From Candidatus Rokubacteria bacterium RIFCSPLOWO2_02_FULL_73_56 (GTDB taxonomy: Bacteria > Methylomirabilota > Methylomirabilia > Rokubacteriales > CSP1-6), in assembly GCA_001788495.1 (NCBI GenBank), contig MGCF01000006.1, forward strand, positions 2,106 to 66,105: 64,000 nucleotides of DNA. Reading direction: 5' to 3'. A model generated the notes under the pieces. The model was not told the origin of the DNA. It worked only from the letters and a program-made list of their open reading frames with translations, and made no database searches. Each line of letters begins with the position of its first letter. Position 1 is the first letter of the stretch. A program made the translations under genes and the position numbers. Positions 59,916 through 64,000 of this stretch are shown here, piece by piece.

Positions 59916-60485
59916 CTACGCCGCCTTGACCGTCAGCACCGGGCACGGCGCCATCCGGATCACGCGATCGGCGACGCTCCCCACGAGGAGGCGATGGACC
60001 TCGCCGCGCCCGTGCGTGGCGAGCAGCACGAGGTCCGCCTGCTCCTCCTTCGCGGCGGCGACGACCTCGCGGTAGGGCACGCCGACGCGCAGGAGCGTGC
60101 GCACCCGGCAACCGGCCGCGCGCCCGGCGTCGGCCCACTCCTCGAGCTTCCTGGCCCACTCGCGCCCCGCGGCGGAGAACTCGCGCACCCGCTCGCCCGC
60201 GAGGGGCCCGGCGAAGACGCGCCCGGGCGGCGGCACCTCGCCTTCCTCGTCGGCGCGCGGGATCCCGAGCTGGTGCTCCGCCTGCAGCGCCCGCAGCTCC
60301 GCGCGCAACTCCTCGGTCTGCAGCCGGACCTCGGTGTCGATCGGCGTGGCAGGCAGGACGTGCAGCAGCACCAGCTCGGCCCCGAAGCTCGGGGCGAGCC
60401 GCTGCGCCAGGCTCCAGGCCTTCTCCGACCCGAGGGAGAAGTCCGTGGGCACCAGGACCCGGGTGATGCCGGAGGTCGTCGTCAT
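59916..60485 (-). CDS. Universal stress protein (UspA family)
   Basis: Codon 58 onward of track ORF 59916..60656. MTTTSGITRVLVPTDFSLGSEKAWSLAQRLA...ADLVLLATHGRGEVHRLLVGSVADRVIRMAPCPVLTV. Confidence 0.85.
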   Translation of the reverse strand: MTTTSGITRVLVPTDFSLGSEKAWSLAQRLAPSFGAELVLLHVLPATPIDTEVRLQTEELRAELRALQAEHQLGIPRADEEGEVPPPGRVFAGPLAGERVREFSAAGREWARKLEEWADAGRAAGCRVRTLLRVGVPYREVVAAAKEEQADLVLLATHGRGEVHRLLVGSVADRVIRMAPCPVLTVKAA

Positions 60486-60689
60486 GGCTGCGCCCTCCCT
60501 TCGTACCGAACGCTCTACGTGCATGAAGCCTGCCGCGGCACCGGAGGGCCGGGCGTCGCGGAAGTGCCCGAGCGGGCGCGCCCTCGGCGAGGCGGCGGGA
60601 CCTCCGCCCGGCGGGCGCCCTGGGGCGCGCGACCCCCGGCGGGGCGCGCATGCCACAAGCCCGGCAGGCGCGCCCCCTCGACGGCGGCC

Positions 60690-61733
60690 TCACTCGTGCG
60701 GCGCGTCGAACGGGCCCGAGATGCGCACGACCTCGTTGACGGGCCAGGCGCCGCGGCGGATCGTGACGACGAGCAGGTCGCCCGCGATCCCCGCGCGACG
60801 GGTGTCGGGCGTGACCGGGACGAAGCCGAGGCTGCGCGGGGCGTCGCCGTCGGTGAAGCGCGCGAACTCGACCGCCCGCCCCTCGGCGTCCACGGCGAGG
60901 ATCCGCTCGGCGTGGCGGTCGGCGACGAACAGGCGGCCGCCCGGGCTCAGCGCGATCCCGGCCGGCATGGGGCCGCGCAGCACGCGCCGCGCCTCGCCGT
61001 CCGCGCCGACGCGCCAGATCTCGCCGTCCGTGCGCTGCCACGGCGCGTCGGCGCTCCCGTCGCTCCCGACCCAGAGCCGGTCGGCGTCGTCCATCGCGAG
61101 CACGCGCGGCCGGGTCATGCTCGCCCAGCGCGCGTCGAGCACGCGCCCGGAGGGATCGAACCGGACGACGACGCCGCGCTGGCGGTCGGCGACGTACACC
61201 CGGCCGCTCCGGTCGACGGCCACGCCCTCGGGCTGCACGAGGAGCGGCGTGCCGCCCCGGGGCGGCGTGCCGCCCGCGAAGAGCTCGGCGCGCCCGGCGT
61301 GGAGGCGGTAGACGGCGCCGATCAGCCGGTCGCGCTCGAACGTCGTGACGAAGAGCTCGCGCCCGGCGCGCCCGGCGGACACCTGCGGGTTCCAGAGCGG
61401 CGGTCCCCAGGCGTAGCGCGCCTCGCCGCCGGGCGCGAGGCGGGCGCCGCCGGGCGGGATCCGGTAGAGCCGCAGCATGTCCACCTCGTCGCCCAGGTAG
61501 CGGCGCCCGGTCCGCGCGAGGAGCACGGCCCCGGCGTGGTCCACCGCGAGCGTCGACGTGGACGGCAGCCCGCGCGCCGCGCGCGAGGCCGCCGGGTCGA
61601 AGCCCGTGCCGGTGACGTACACCTCGGCGCTGAATCCGGGCGGGAGCGTGAGCTCGGCGCCCGCCGGCGAGGCCGGGACGAGGAGGACGGCGACGACGAG
61701 GGCACGCACCCGCACCGCGCGCGACCCCCTCAC
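60690..61733 (-). CDS. Secreted beta-propeller protein (NHL/SMP-30-like repeats)
   Basis: In track ORF 60690..62105. The start is taken as GTG 61733 (GTGA overlap with the upstream micro-ORF). Signal peptide (V)RGSRAVRVRALVVAVLLVPASPAGA. Repeated P.GVAVD..GRVYVAD and GIALSPGGRLFVAD blades. Confidence 0.65.
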   Translation of the reverse strand: MRGSRAVRVRALVVAVLLVPASPAGAELTLPPGFSAEVYVTGTGFDPAASRAARGLPSTSTLAVDHAGAVLLARTGRRYLGDEVDMLRLYRIPPGGARLAPGGEARYAWGPPLWNPQVSAGRAGRELFVTTFERDRLIGAVYRLHAGRAELFAGGTPPRGGTPLLVQPEGVAVDRSGRVYVADRQRGVVVRFDPSGRVLDARWASMTRPRVLAMDDADRLWVGSDGSADAPWQRTDGEIWRVGADGEARRVLRGPMPAGIALSPGGRLFVADRHAERILAVDAEGRAVEFARFTDGDAPRSLGFVPVTPDTRRAGIAGDLLVVTIRRGAWPVNEVVRISGPFDAPHE

Positions 61734-61852
61734 CCGGTGGTGACGGCGGCCAGGACGGACTCCACCAGGTGCGGGAGCCCCGCGGTGTCGAGGCTTCCGT
61801 CGTCGGCGAACGGCGTCGCCAGGATGTGGAAGATGTGCGGCCAGTCGATCAT
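61730..61852 (-). pseudogene. A 40-codon ORF resembling the N-terminus of a DapA/DHDPS-family lyase. It is a likely gene remnant, translationally coupled to the propeller gene.
   Basis: My own translation gives MIDWPHIFHILATPFADDGSLDTAGLPHLVESVLAAVTTG-stop. The xxTPFxxDGsxDxxxLxxLvexxi pattern is typical of DHDPS-family N-termini. Coordinates were counted by eye. Confidence 0.4.
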
Positions 61853-61974
61853 CGCCGCCGGCGCCGACTATACCATGCGCGCGTCGCGCTCGGAGGGCGT
61901 GACGGAAGCGCGCACGCGCGATCCCGTTGGAGGTGTCGGCCGGGGAGTGCGAGGGGGCGTCAGCCCCCTCGTCG

Positions 61975-62270
61975 CGGCCCCGCGTTGTCGAGGAACGTCC
62001 CGGCTTTGCCGGGGCGCGACGAGCCTCCGGGGGTCTTGGAGGGCCCGTCGAGGCCCCCCATGTTCTCAGAGCCCGTGAACGAATCGCCTGGTCGAGGAGC
62101 GCCACGGCTTCGCCGCGGCGCTCCGAGCGTCGGGGGGTTTGGGGGGCCCGTCGAGGCCCCCCATGTTCTCAGAGGGCGTGAACGAATCGCCTGGTCGAGG
62201 GGCACCACGGCTGCGCCGGGGCGCCCCGAGCGCCGGGGGGTTTGGGGGGCGCCCGGAGCCCCCCATGTTC

Positions 62271-62274
<4 letters not shown>
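61975..62274. repeat. About three tandem copies of a ~102-103 bp unit, each predicted to form two GC-rich hairpins. The array begins exactly at the kbl stop codon.
   Basis: catgttctcag recurs at ~62059, ~62162 and ~62264, with spacings of 103 and 102. Read in the kbl sense, the unit is TGAGAACATGGGGGGCCTCGACGGGCCCCCCAAACCCCCCGACGCTCGGAGCGCCGCGGCGAAGCCGTGGCGCTCCTCGACCAGGCGATTCGTTCACGGGCTC. The copy farthest from kbl is the most diverged. Confidence 0.75.
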
Positions 62275-63455
<1,181 letters not shown>

Positions 63456-63485
63456 CGCCGTCCCCCTCCCCCGCCGACGCCCGCC

Positions 63486-64000
63486 TCAGCGGGCCGCGTA
63501 GCGGCGCGTCACGTTCGGCAGCAGGTACTCGTTGAACGCGCGCGCGAGGTCGTACGCGGGCCGGAACCCCCACTCGCGGCGCGCCCGCGCGTCGTCCACG
63601 TCCTCGGGCCACGTGTCCACGATCGCCTGGCGGCGCGGGTCGGGCGCGAACGTGAGGCGCGCGGCCGGGAAGGCCCGCCGCACCAGCCCGGCGAGCTCGC
63701 CGGCGCTCGGGTTGAACCCGGTCACGTTGTACGCGAGGGCCGTGACGGCGTCGGCGGGCGCGGCCAGCAGGGCGAGCAGCGCCTCGATCGCGTCCGGCAT
63801 CGCCATGAACGGGATCCGCGTGTCCTCGCGCACGAAGCAGGCGTAGGGCTGGCCCACGGCCGCGGCGTGGATCATCTCGGACGCGTAGTCGCTCGTGCCT
63901 CCGCTCGGCAGGGTGAACGCCGAGATGAGCCCCGGGAAGCGGATCGCGCGGAAGTCCACGCCGCTCGGCTCGCCCTGCGCGGCGAGCTGGCGGTAGTGGC
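63486..64000 (-). CDS. tdh: L-threonine 3-dehydrogenase of the NAD-dependent epimerase/dehydratase (SDR) type, C-terminal part. The N-terminus lies beyond the right edge.
   Basis: Track ORF 63486..63959 plus its open frame to the window end. FRAIRFPGLISAFTLPSGGTSDYASEMIHAAAVGQPYACFVREDTRIPFMAMPDAIEALL...WPEDVDDARARREWGFRP. It lies directly upstream of kbl. Confidence 0.8.
   Translation of the reverse strand, partial: HYRQLAAQGEPSGVDFRAIRFPGLISAFTLPSGGTSDYASEMIHAAAVGQPYACFVREDTRIPFMAMPDAIEALLALLAAPADAVTALAYNVTGFNPSAGELAGLVRRAFPAARLTFAPDPRRQAIVDTWPEDVDDARARREWGFRPAYDLARAFNEYLLPNVTRRYAAR

Overview
The window is very GC-rich by eye (not computed), bacterial, and almost entirely coding. I recognised no rRNA, tRNA, CRISPR array or transposase. 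Gene ends anchored to the supplied ORF track are reliable. Coordinates I counted by eye for hairpins, repeats and motifs may be off by about 3 nt.

LEFT 36 kb (1-35988): one tightly coupled minus-strand super-operon built around a 7979-aa giant gene (10346-34285).
- The giant protein has an arginine-rich N-terminus with an LEPRLLLSA (LEPR-XLL type) motif and no classical signal peptide. It continues through kilobases of G/A/T/V-rich beta-solenoid repeats, Calx-beta-like domains, GGxGxD RTX repeats and two LamG-like domains. It ends in a C-terminal HELGHVMGFAH metzincin domain.
- Four DUF3467-like domains accompany it: three stand-alone genes and one fusion.
- Predicted tailoring genes are a radical SAM enzyme, a family-2 O-methyltransferase and two paralogous unknown proteins with an ABBA/PT-barrel-like strand pattern.
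- Predicted export genes are a GAF+HlyD adaptor, a PqqD-like+M50 protease+HlyD fusion and, translationally coupled to that fusion, a SecA-family ATPase paralog that runs off the left edge. No ABC transporter or TolC is visible.
- I read this locus as a candidate undescribed export and maturation system for the giant protein.

RIGHT 28 kb (36116-64000): ordinary genes.
- Metabolism and transport: an alcohol dehydrogenase (ADH), a liv-type ABC transporter interrupted by a GT39-like gene plus a methyltransferase, ynfA, RidA, enoyl-CoA hydratase, cupin, a CaiB-type CoA-transferase and kbl-tdh.
- Signalling, stress and other: a GGDEF protein, an alpha/beta hydrolase, a MoxR-DUF58-transglutaminase triad, a FecR-like protein, a universal stress protein (USP) and an NHL-like propeller.

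Notable oddities in the right part:
- An OsmC-like gene has an in-frame TGA exactly at the catalytic Cys position, making it a candidate selenoprotein.
- CTAG-bounded palindromic elements lie between convergent genes.
- About three tandem ~102-bp structured repeats start at the kbl stop codon.
- A 158-bp insertion sits at the livM/livG junction.
- Two gene remnants are present.
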